35,091 nt of DNA, taken from IMG/VR virus record IMGVR_UViG_3300038365_000149, positions 1 to 35,091 of that record; one strand, written 5' to 3'. Source of the stretch: a virus. Taxonomy: Duplodnaviria > Caudoviricetes. Shown one piece after another: positions 25,960-33,861 of this stretch. Position numbers and translations under genes: made by a program. Position 1 is the stretch's first letter. Each line of letters opens with the position of its first letter. The notes under the pieces are model-generated. The model saw nothing but the letters and a program-made list of their open reading frames with translations, did no database searches and was not told the DNA's origin.

Positions 25960-26610
25960 CACTCGGTCCGCTAACTTCGCCGCCAGCTGCCGGGCCTCGC
26001 TGTCCGACAGCTCCGCATCGACGTAGATCATACTGGCCACACCGATCACGTTGCCCTTGACGAACGTCACGTCGCACACTCGCACATCGCTCCCCGACGA
26101 GCCATCTCGGAGCTGATTGACCATGAAGCACTTGTCACCGTGGCCAGGATCGGCGGTCGCCCTGGTCGATGACACGCGCTCGAACTCGGCATCATAGGCG
26201 GCGTGAGCGGCCTCGATGCTTTCGTATACGACGATCGAGTAATCTACGTATTGCCAAGTGTAGCCCCATAGTTTCTCATAGCTCACCGAAGCGGTGGTGT
26301 TGTTCGTCGATTCCATGCTCTTGTCCCAGCCGGACATATCCTCCATCGTGGGCAGCATGTCGGCCGGCGCCTTGGTGGCCATCCCGGCCGGCTCGCCTCG
26401 CATGGGTGGGAGGTACGATACTGCGGTGAATATGATGATCGCCACCACGACGATGACAATGAATGCGATGAAGGGCTTGTCCGATCGGAGCCTGGGCGCC
26501 CGGTGAACGGAGGGCTTGTACATTGGAACAGTGTTCCTCGGTGCCCCGCATCGAGGGCAGAACGCGGTGCCGTCTCCGAGCTCAGCACCGCACGAGCGGC
26601 AGTATGACAT
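25954..26610 (-). CDS. Zinc-ribbon membrane protein with extracellular domain
   Basis: MSYCRSCGAELGDGTAFCPRCG, TM FIAFIVIVVVAIIIFTAV; TTATAAT about 30 nt upstream on the minus strand. Confidence 0.8.
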   Translation of the reverse strand: MSYCRSCGAELGDGTAFCPRCGAPRNTVPMYKPSVHRAPRLRSDKPFIAFIVIVVVAIIIFTAVSYLPPMRGEPAGMATKAPADMLPTMEDMSGWDKSMESTNNTTASVSYEKLWGYTWQYVDYSIVVYESIEAAHAAYDAEFERVSSTRATADPGHGDKCFMVNQLRDGSSGSDVRVCDVTFVKGNVIGVASMIYVDAELSDSEARQLAAKLADRVL

Positions 26611-26630
26611 GTTCGCAGTATCGCGTCTCA

Positions 26631-26690
26631 ATTATTATAATGGTCATGCCCATTATAGGTGAGCCTCACGGAAATAGACGAAATATAAAA
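26631..26690. promoter_or_regulatory. Divergent TATA promoters with a 22-bp palindrome
   Basis: TATAATGGTCATGCCCATTATA at 26636-26657; AAATATAAAA at 26681-26690, about 30 nt before ATG 26712. Confidence 0.6.
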
Positions 26691-26711
26691 GTAAAGAACT
26701 CACAATAAGGG

Positions 26712-27572
26712 ATGCTAGGAATGAAGGAATACGACCTTGCCAGTTATGCGACCTACAAGGTCCTGCACGCATTGGACGAATCCAAAGAAGGATATGTCCC
26801 AAAGTCAAGATATTACAAGGCAATCTATCTGGTCAGCCACAATCTTATGAGCAAGGGGATAGATATCTGCCTGCCCTGGCGCTGGTACATATATGGGCCG
26901 GTTGTAGAGCTCGACTGCATAGATGATGGCGCATTTTCATTAGAGGTCATGCCTGGAGATGCGGACGACGAAACTAAGGATAGATTATTTTATGGAGAGA
27001 AGCCAGCGGTCGACGCTCCCTTCGACATAGTGCGCATCGTTAACAATGAAGTGAAAGCCGTATGCGCGAACAATCCCAAATTGTACAGATTATTGGATAA
27101 GGCATACAAAACCGCCCCGCTCTCCTTCATCCAGATTCTGAGGCATTATGACGACAGCATACAGAGCAACTTCAAGAGGTTTACCCGAGAACCGACAGTG
27201 ATCAATAGGAACGATGATCTGAGACATGACCTCGTCCGTAACTTCCCGATTGAACCCTATCGCTCAATGTATGACTCATTTCTTAGGGTTCTTGAGCTCA
27301 TACGGGTCGTCAAGGATCCGGAAACGTTCGACGTAGTGAAACCGACAGCGTGCTCCGAAGAGCTCCGGAGGGCCATGGGGCACGGGTTCGGCCGGGACTA
27401 CTATTCTAGACATCTGCCGGAAAACAAGGTGGAGAAGTACGAAAGGGATTATGAGCGTTATATCGACATCTTCGACGATTTTGCATTTAACAAAGAGATC
27501 GAATTCTATAGGGCCACTAGCAGGCATGACTGTGCTCACTACGAGCGCGAGATCATGAATCTCCTGGGATGA
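26712..27572 (+). CDS. DUF4065/SocA (Panacea)-like protein, putative antitoxin
   Basis: KSRYYKAIYLV...LPWRWYIYGPV resembles the K.+Y / W.YGP signature; AT-richer than the flanks. Confidence 0.55.
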   Translation: MLGMKEYDLASYATYKVLHALDESKEGYVPKSRYYKAIYLVSHNLMSKGIDICLPWRWYIYGPVVELDCIDDGAFSLEVMPGDADDETKDRLFYGEKPAVDAPFDIVRIVNNEVKAVCANNPKLYRLLDKAYKTAPLSFIQILRHYDDSIQSNFKRFTREPTVINRNDDLRHDLVRNFPIEPYRSMYDSFLRVLELIRVVKDPETFDVVKPTACSEELRRAMGHGFGRDYYSRHLPENKVEKYERDYERYIDIFDDFAFNKEIEFYRATSRHDCAHYEREIMNLLG

Positions 27573-27582
27573 CTTTGAGAGG

Positions 27583-28266
27583 ATGGAAATGGCCAACTTC
27601 TTCGACACAAGCGTCTTCATTGGATACACTTACTGCGACGATGACTGGAGGGTCGCGTCGGAAGGCATGTTGCAAGGCAGCTCCATGAAGCTCACGAGCG
27701 ATAGGGCGAAGAATGAATATCTGAAAAAACACAGGTATTTTCAAAGGGTCCGGAGAGGTGGTCTCATCCAGCTCCGTGATAGAATCGCCGACTCTGTTGG
27801 GTGCGGGAGCGCCACTCTTTCATCGGACGAGGTAGAAAATCTCGTGCCTCAGATACAGAACGATGAGCGCAACACAGAATGGCTTAGGAGCACAGCCAAG
27901 AAACTGGCGAAAAAGTCATCCTATAAGGTCGAGATATGCAAGCGAATCGATAGGTTCATGGACTATTACTTTCGATTCTCGACAGAACGCATGGACGACA
28001 TTATCGGGTGGTGTTTACCGAGTGTGATGATCATTGAATGCTATCCTCGATTTCAGACATACCCAGGCATACTAGAGATATTTCAGAGCAACGGCATGCT
28101 GAACGAGGACGACAATGAGATAATACTTGATGCTCATGATTTCTGTAAGCTCTGTAATGAATCGATAGATCTCGTCACCGGGGATTACCAGGACTACAAA
28201 CGGCACGAGGCTATTATCACATCTAATACGTATATAAGTAACATAATTTACCTGGGCGACTGCTGA
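27583..28266 (+). CDS. PIN-domain ribonuclease, putative toxin
   Basis: FFDTSVFI, E in AKNEY, EDDNEIILDA and LVTGD give the four acidic PIN positions. Confidence 0.75.
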   Translation: MEMANFFDTSVFIGYTYCDDDWRVASEGMLQGSSMKLTSDRAKNEYLKKHRYFQRVRRGGLIQLRDRIADSVGCGSATLSSDEVENLVPQIQNDERNTEWLRSTAKKLAKKSSYKVEICKRIDRFMDYYFRFSTERMDDIIGWCLPSVMIIECYPRFQTYPGILEIFQSNGMLNEDDNEIILDAHDFCKLCNESIDLVTGDYQDYKRHEAIITSNTYISNIIYLGDC

Positions 28267-28404
28267 TTGATATACTCATTGGCTTTGGCTTCCGCCCCTT
28301 CTTGCCTCATCGTTATTAATAAAAATGCTCGGCAAAACGTAACCGCCCACCCCGTCTCGCCGCATCGCTCAAATGGGCCTCCTCATCCAGCCAGACATCA
28401 GCTA

Positions 28405-28535
28405 GAGGGAGGTAGTTTCGGACACTTTCGATTCACTTTCGGGCAGTATTATCGCAAAAGAAATACCGTGGAAAACACAACGGCCAGCACGAAATCGGCC
28501 ATCGAGCCGGGAGGTGACCGAAAGTGCCTACCCCG
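28405..28535. ncRNA. Candidate structured non-coding element
   Basis: GGTAG/CTACC, CACTTTCG/CGAAAGTG and TCAC/GTGA nested complementarity, with internal hairpins. Confidence 0.35.
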
Positions 28536-28622
28536 TGTCACACACCCCCCGCTTCGGCTTATATATTCATCGTCGAATCCCAGCCTCGCCCTGGGGATGG
28601 GCGGGGCTGGAGAACTGCGATA

Positions 28623-28874
28623 ATGAGACAAAATATCGCCAACCTAGAGAACTTGGACGAGAGGGGCCTGCTGGCCCTGCTGAGCTGGATAAGCAGATAT
28701 TACGCCTGGGCTGTGAGGACGGCATATCACTGTGGACCGTTCGAGCGAGAGGACGCAATCATGCAGATGAAGAAGGCCGGACGGGCGCTCGATGCTGTGC
28801 GGGCCGCGTACGCCGGGCAGGGGCAAGTCCTTGAGGCGTACCTGCGGGGCGATCGAGAGGAGGCCAAGGCATGA
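28623..28874 (+). CDS. Hypothetical protein
   Basis: GGAG SD, ATG 28623; TTATATA at about 28559 upstream. Confidence 0.6.
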   Translation: MRQNIANLENLDERGLLALLSWISRYYAWAVRTAYHCGPFEREDAIMQMKKAGRALDAVRAAYAGQGQVLEAYLRGDREEAKA

Positions 28875-29107
28875 ACGAGTACGCGCTTAGGATGGAACGA
28901 GACTTCCGGACGATCCGCAACCGGCTGCGCCACGAAGTCAGAGGCCACGAGGACGAGTGCCTGGCGCTGTACTTGCTTGACAGCGCCCTTGATACCATAG
29001 AGAGCGGCAACGCCGGGGTGTCAGCCAACGAGCTTCAGCTGCCGCCAGATCTGCCGAAGCGCGATTGGTGCCGGAACTGCAAGGGGTCGTGTAAGCGGCC
29101 CCGGTAA
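28871..29107 (+). CDS. Hypothetical protein with C-terminal Cys cluster
   Basis: GGAGG SD, ATGA overlap; WCRNCKGSC. Confidence 0.6.
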   Translation: MNEYALRMERDFRTIRNRLRHEVRGHEDECLALYLLDSALDTIESGNAGVSANELQLPPDLPKRDWCRNCKGSCKRPR

Positions 29108-29119
29108 ACACCTTCTAAC

Positions 29120-29548
29120 CTACTCTGGCGGGGTCTTTTTACTTAGCGGATAATCTTTCTTGTAGCGAGGGTCACTCATCCGGTTCCAGATGCCATCCTC
29201 GTCTGGGTGTATGCAATTATCCCGTATAGATAGGAGGTAACAATTACGATGGATATGGAAGGACTTTGTGTTCCCCAGCCATGGCTCATCGCCTCGGCCA
29301 TCTTGATCTTCCACCAATGGGCTCATATCGATGGTGGCCCTAGCAGTCATGAAGTAAAACCATTCTCCAGCTTTTATTGCCTCATTACAAATCATACAGG
29401 TCGGCATGGACTCATCATCGGCAACAAATGCTGGCCCATCGGTAAAGAGAACTACCAGACCTAAGTGTGCGACCATGGCTTGCATCTTGCGGGCATCGCT
29501 CTCCTTCTGTAGTTCGGCCTCCAATCTTGAGACTGTCGCTTCGAGCAC
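29120..29548 (-). CDS. Coiled-coil plus zinc-finger-like protein (start uncertain)
   Basis: CMICNEAIKAGEWFY...HIHRNC resembles a PARP/LIM-like finger; frame stays open upstream to about 29690 without an ATG. Confidence 0.55.
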   Translation of the reverse strand: MLEATVSRLEAELQKESDARKMQAMVAHLGLVVLFTDGPAFVADDESMPTCMICNEAIKAGEWFYFMTARATIDMSPLVEDQDGRGDEPWLGNTKSFHIHRNCYLLSIRDNCIHPDEDGIWNRMSDPRYKKDYPLSKKTPPE

Positions 29549-29777
29549 TTTAACCCGTTCTTTTAGGTCTGATTGTTCCGTCAGAAGTCCTTCTTTGCTA
29601 GGTCCTTCGGCCCTCCTAGGACTCGGTAGAGTGAAGTAGATCCGATCACCTGGGAGGCGTACGCGCTTCCACGATAATATAGCAAACGTTCACTGCTGTA
29701 GTACCTCATCTATAGCCTGCAGATGCTCAGCGACGCGGCGTCCCGTCTAATTAGAGATAATTCTCACCTGCACAATG

Positions 29778-30185
29778 TCACTTTTTCTTCTTTTTATCCC
29801 ATAGCACTTTGACGAAGCGATTCGTGGCGAAGAATAGAACTATTCCACCGAGCGCATATCCCGTCCCGTATATGTATCGCGTCTCTGGTGCGACTAGATT
29901 CAGCATTATTGCCAGTCCAAGAAAAGTGAGAGATACGGCAAATGACCAGAAGAAGAAGTTCACGCTCAGTTGATTGTAATTATCGGCCTCTTCCATGGAT
30001 CGATTGATGGCTTCAATCATCTCCTTCTTCTCGACGGCGAGGCCGATCATTAAGCCGGTCACCTGCTGTTCGATGGAGTCCAGCTTTTTCTCTATTGCAT
30101 CAAACCGACCGTTCAATTGAGCGATTGGGTCGCAAACCTCATCGAGTCTAGGAGACCATTTCTCACTGTCGGCGATCGTGCTCAT
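29778..30185 (-). CDS. Coiled-coil plus two-TM membrane protein in the repressor operon
   Basis: ATGA overlap with the repressor; two hydrophobic helices and a KKKK tail. Confidence 0.75.
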   Translation of the reverse strand: MSTIADSEKWSPRLDEVCDPIAQLNGRFDAIEKKLDSIEQQVTGLMIGLAVEKKEMIEAINRSMEEADNYNQLSVNFFFWSFAVSLTFLGLAIMLNLVAPETRYIYGTGYALGGIVLFFATNRFVKVLWDKKKKK

Positions 30186-30457
30186 GGCTCCTCTCTCAGG
30201 ATTCCCTCGATGGCGGCGAGGTGTTCGGCGACCTTTCTGCCCTTGGGGGTGAGAGAGATTATCTTCCTGAAAGGGTCAAACTTTTCTTCCTCATTCAAAA
30301 GTCCAGCATCGACGAGCTCCTTAATACGAGATTGGAGCACGGTCTTGTTCTTCGGTATCTTCTGATAGATCATCCCTTTGGGCATATCTCCCTCACGCAG
30401 GCACAGCACGAGCACTTTGGCCGCGTGAGCACTCTCGATAATTGATAGGTCTTGCAT
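30182..30457 (-). CDS. Winged-helix (MarR/HxlR-like) transcriptional repressor
   Basis: KTVLQSRIKELVDAGLL...ISLTPKGRKVAEHL; divergent from the early operon. Confidence 0.85.
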   Translation of the reverse strand: MQDLSIIESAHAAKVLVLCLREGDMPKGMIYQKIPKNKTVLQSRIKELVDAGLLNEEEKFDPFRKIISLTPKGRKVAEHLAAIEGILREEP

Positions 30458-30463
30458 AACGAC

Positions 30464-30526
30464 TACCGGAATCCGTATTTTATTATTAACATAAGTATAT
30501 TAGTGTACGATGTACGGATTCCGGTA
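30464..30526. promoter_or_regulatory. Divergent promoter region flanked by inverted 14-bp operators
   Basis: TACCGGAATCCGTA (30464-30477) and its exact reverse complement TACGGATTCCGGTA (30513-30526) flank an AT-rich TATA region. Confidence 0.75.
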
Positions 30527-30654
30527 TGAGTAACATATTTATTCTAGCAGCTCAATTGCGGGTCCGACTTCCGTAACACGGACGTTTGGGATGCATAACC
30601 TCGGCCAAGGCCGGAACTTGTGTCAAGACATCGGATGAGCGCAAGCCATCAACA

Positions 30655-30738
30655 TGCCTGGGTGGCGTTCATTCTTGAACAGGTCTTGCATCCTCCAGCC
30701 ATCCAGGCACCCGGATAACCATGGAGGTGCAAGACATG
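30655..30738 (+). promoter_or_regulatory. Structured 5' leader sequestering the SD of the first early gene
   Basis: Stem 30655-30666/30698-30709 (12 bp, one G-U) and stem 30683-30697/30722-30735 (14 bp, one bulge) covering GGAGGTG. Confidence 0.55.
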
Positions 30739-31044
30739 GAGAACGAGCTGAGCAAGGGGGCGAGACAAGCCCTTGACCTGATCGCCGAGAACCCGGCGCA
30801 GGTCCTCTACATCGTGCAGGACTACGACCGCCTCTCGCAACGCGTGGGAGAGCTGGAGCGCCGCGTACGAGAGAACAATGCCGTCGACGCTCGGCGTTCA
30901 TCGATCGAGGTCGGCACGCCGGCCAAGGGCGGGAACATGAAGGTGTACTTCGACCCGTTCGCCAGCGCCATCGAGAACGACCGCGCCGTGGAGGAGGCCC
31001 AGCGTGTGCTCGCGCTAGCGGGCGGCAGAATCGGGGGTGCATGA
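30736..31044 (+). CDS. Hypothetical early protein
   Basis: GGAGGTG SD before ATG 30736; coiled coil plus SIEVGTPAKGGNMKVYFD. Confidence 0.75.
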   Translation: MENELSKGARQALDLIAENPAQVLYIVQDYDRLSQRVGELERRVRENNAVDARRSSIEVGTPAKGGNMKVYFDPFASAIENDRAVEEAQRVLALAGGRIGGA

Positions 31045-31328
31045 GCATGGACGAGCTCGCCAAGCCCTGGATAGTCGTTCGCAACGGGCAGATCATCGGC
31101 GCGTATGACGACCGCAGATGCGCCTACGCTGTCGCCAAGGAGGCTGGGGCCTCCGTGCACTGGTGCGATGGAATGCATGATGGTAAGGCCCATCTCGCCC
31201 TGATGGTTGATTATGACCCGGATGAGGATGTCCTGTACCAGCCGGAGATCGTGATACAGCGGCTCACTTCTGACACGCCGGCCGAGGCCATCCACGACAT
31301 GATCGCCAACGCCCTGGGGGAGGAGTGA
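31041..31328 (+). CDS. Hypothetical protein
   Basis: GGGGTG SD, ATGA overlap. Confidence 0.65.
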   Translation: MSMDELAKPWIVVRNGQIIGAYDDRRCAYAVAKEAGASVHWCDGMHDGKAHLALMVDYDPDEDVLYQPEIVIQRLTSDTPAEAIHDMIANALGEE

Positions 31329-31330
31329 AC

Positions 31331-31624
31331 ATGGGAGACATCCCCTTGGATGATTGTATAGGCTTGTATAACTCCCTGGCCAAGCTCAAGCGCTCAGGCA
31401 TACGTCTCTATAACCGTGCCCAGCAGCTGGGGTTCCCCGAGTGCAGCCGCCCAGACTGCCCCCGCGAGGAGGTGGCTCCGGCCATAGGCGACTGCATGTG
31501 CCTCATGGATGAGGCCATGGGTCATCTGCGCGCCTACATCGATGAGGTGTACCCAGGACAGGTGGAGGGAGGGCCGAGGGCGATCACAGAGAATGACCTT
31601 CCGACCTGGTGGGGGAGGGCCTGA
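31331..31624 (+). CDS. Hypothetical protein
   Basis: GAGGAG SD; helical with CSRPDC. Confidence 0.6.
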   Translation: MGDIPLDDCIGLYNSLAKLKRSGIRLYNRAQQLGFPECSRPDCPREEVAPAIGDCMCLMDEAMGHLRAYIDEVYPGQVEGGPRAITENDLPTWWGRA

Positions 31625-31626
31625 CA

Positions 31627-31851
31627 ATGCCCCCGCTCCACGAGCGCATCGACGCGCTTCTCCACCAGATCGACGAGGTGCGCGGCTCCATACGGCAGGA
31701 GATCACCTTCCTGCGGTCCGAGCACATGGTGCACAGGACCGAGCACCTCGCCGACGTCCCCTACTACCTGACGGAAGCTTACAACGAGCTGGACCAGGCG
31801 ATGAACGACCTGGCCGCGGCCGGCTGCGCCGCTCACCGGGGGGGCATGTGA
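31627..31851 (+). CDS. Hypothetical helical protein
   Basis: GGAGG SD, ATG 31627. Confidence 0.6.
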   Translation: MPPLHERIDALLHQIDEVRGSIRQEITFLRSEHMVHRTEHLADVPYYLTEAYNELDQAMNDLAAAGCAAHRGGM

Positions 31852-32102
31852 TGCCGCTCCGCCAGATCACTGTCCGCATGACGCTGGAGGACGCGCGACA
31901 TCTCAGCACCGACCTGCAGGCCATGCTGCGCGCCTACGAATCCATGTCGGCCGAGGAGGCCCGCAAGGGCATCGTCATCAAGGCGCTGCAGTTCGCACAG
32001 CGCGCCGAAGACTGCTCCCGCCGCCTGGAAGCGGTCGAGCAGGCCATCGCGCGGCGGCCGCTCCCCCTGTACTACCATATGGCCGAAGGGGTGAGGCAGT
32101 GA
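31851..32102 (+). CDS. Hypothetical helical protein
   Basis: TGATG coupling; MPLRQITVRMTLEDARHL... Confidence 0.6.
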   Translation: MPLRQITVRMTLEDARHLSTDLQAMLRAYESMSAEEARKGIVIKALQFAQRAEDCSRRLEAVEQAIARRPLPLYYHMAEGVRQ

Positions 32103-32512
32103 TCTCCCCCGAGCAGCGCGCCTGGGCCAACGGGTACGCGGACCTGTATGTCGCGCTGTACGAGCGCATCAACGGCGTCGTGGACAACCCGGCCGCCTCG
32201 GTGTCAGCATGCAACGGTGCGATGATCGCCGCCGACCGTGCGGGGATGGTCGTGCCTCGCGAGGGCGCCGATCCGCCGCGCATCAAGATCCCCGGCCCCC
32301 CTATCGATGAGGCCGCTAGACCGGAGCCTCTTCCCGCTCCCTACCAGTCCGCATCTCGCGAGCAGCCGAACGGGGTGGGCAAGTGCCCCAAGTGCGGGAA
32401 CACCGACATCAACAGGACCTCTCGCGTAAGCGGCAAGCCGTACCAGGCATGCACCAAGTGCGGCGTCTTCATCTCATCTAACGGCACCACCAGGCCGATG
32501 GGGGGACGTTAG
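32099..32512 (+). CDS. Protein with C-terminal topoisomerase-C4-like zinc ribbon
   Basis: GKCPKCGNTDINRTSRVSGKPYQACTKCG after a Pro-rich linker. Confidence 0.7.
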   Translation: MISPEQRAWANGYADLYVALYERINGVVDNPAASVSACNGAMIAADRAGMVVPREGADPPRIKIPGPPIDEAARPEPLPAPYQSASREQPNGVGKCPKCGNTDINRTSRVSGKPYQACTKCGVFISSNGTTRPMGGR

Positions 32513-32697
32513 TGAGCCTTGAGCACTTGGTGCGGAGAGCAATGCAAATGAACGAGCTGGTCGAGCAGGCCGGCACTGGCGGTGACCGCGGCAACTCGGA
32601 TGGTTCTACCTCTCGCAACGCGGCCGATCATCCCCACCACCCTGAGACAACCGCCGCCGAGAGCCTGCCCGCCGTCAAGGAGTGGGAGTGGATCTAA
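32512..32697 (+). CDS. Small hypothetical protein
   Basis: Overlaps both neighbours by one base (TAGTG and TAATG). Confidence 0.45.
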   Translation: MSLEHLVRRAMQMNELVEQAGTGGDRGNSDGSTSRNAADHPHHPETTAAESLPAVKEWEWI

Positions 32698-33584
32698 TGG
32701 CCGCTAAGCAGGCAAGCATCGATCTACTGGCTGACATCAAGGCCGTCATCGATCAATACCCGAACATCAAGATGACGGTTAGGCAGGTCTACTACCGCCT
32801 CGTTGCACAGCAGAAGCTGCCCAACAGCACGTCCAGCTACAACCGTGTCAAGCGTGTGCTAACAGAGGCGCGACTGGAAGGTACTGTCAGTTTCGACAGC
32901 ATCGAGGACCGCACCCGGAGCATCATCTCCCCCGATGGGGAGCAGGAAGAAAGCGTCGGAAGATATACTCGGTCGTGGGAAGCCCACATCAGGAATCTGG
33001 ACGAGCATTACGACCTGCCGAGATGGTGGGGGCAGCCGTCCAAGGTCGTCGTCCTCGTGGAGAAGCAGGCCCTACAGGGTCTCTTTATGGATGTCTGTGA
33101 GGAAAGGGCAGTGGATCTGCTGGTATGCAGGGGCTACCCTTCGCTGACGGTGCTCTACAAGCTCGCCAAGAGCCTGCGCCGATGCGAGGAGGATGTGCAA
33201 CTCCTTTACTTCGGTGACTACGACCCGAGCGGCTTGGACATCGACCGGAACGTGGAGGAGAGGCTGAGCGAAGACTTTGGAGCTACATTCACCTTCGAGC
33301 GCATCGCCATCTCCCTCGACCAGATCGAGGAATACGACATTCCCCCGGCCCCGGCCAAGCTGACCGACAGCAGGACGAGGGGCATGGAAGAGAAGTACGG
33401 CGAGGCGATGCAGGTCGAGCTTGACGCCATCGATCCACCGGACCTACAGACCATCATCGGGGACGCCATCGATGCTCATTTCGATGAGGACATTTACGAC
33501 AATGATCGAGCGGACGAGCTGGAGAATAGAAGGGGCCGGGTCAAGGAGTGGCTGGATAAGCTCATAGTGCCGAGGAAAGGCTGA
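32697..33584 (+). CDS. Spo11/topoisomerase VI A-like protein (Mini-A type: wHTH plus TOPRIM)
   Basis: TVRQVYYRL (Spo11-like RxxYY), VLVEKQAL, RGYPS, YFGDYDPSGLDI and ELDAI. Confidence 0.8.
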   Translation: MAAKQASIDLLADIKAVIDQYPNIKMTVRQVYYRLVAQQKLPNSTSSYNRVKRVLTEARLEGTVSFDSIEDRTRSIISPDGEQEESVGRYTRSWEAHIRNLDEHYDLPRWWGQPSKVVVLVEKQALQGLFMDVCEERAVDLLVCRGYPSLTVLYKLAKSLRRCEEDVQLLYFGDYDPSGLDIDRNVEERLSEDFGATFTFERIAISLDQIEEYDIPPAPAKLTDSRTRGMEEKYGEAMQVELDAIDPPDLQTIIGDAIDAHFDEDIYDNDRADELENRRGRVKEWLDKLIVPRKG

Positions 33585-33600
33585 TGTCAGGAGGGATGGG

Positions 33601-33861
33601 ATGAGTATACGACTGAGCGAGGCCCGGCGCTGCTTCGGCGAGCCAGGGTATCAGCTGGCCACCGAGGCCGTGGCGGCGCTGGCGTTGCATCTCGACGCTG
33701 AGGGCACCGCCATAGCCGAGGCCGTGCTACGCTCGGTCGACGACGAGAACGAGCACCGTCGCCTGCAGGGCCTCCCCCCGCGGCGCCGGATCGACGCCTG
33801 CGACATCAAGCGGGCGATCCGGGCCATGAGCGAGGCGACCGAGGGGGTGTTCCGCCGATGA
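33601..33861 (+). CDS. Histone-fold protein
   Basis: LALHLDAEGTAIAEAV compared with HMfB LAKILEEMGRDIASEA; RRRIDACDIKRAIR compared with RKTIKAEDIELAVR. Confidence 0.7.
   Translation: MSIRLSEARRCFGEPGYQLATEAVAALALHLDAEGTAIAEAVLRSVDDENEHRRLQGLPPRRRIDACDIKRAIRAMSEATEGVFRR

Noticed and set aside
23815-28266. Diversity-generating retroelement or invertible tail-fibre cassette
   Set aside because: No reverse transcriptase, no TR/VR duplicate, no alternative fibre tips and no adjacent invertase seen.
32697-33584. Wadjet JetD defence nuclease
   Set aside because: No jetABC (SMC/kleisin) genes nearby; the RxxYY motif and viral early-operon context fit a Mini-A/Spo11-like protein better.
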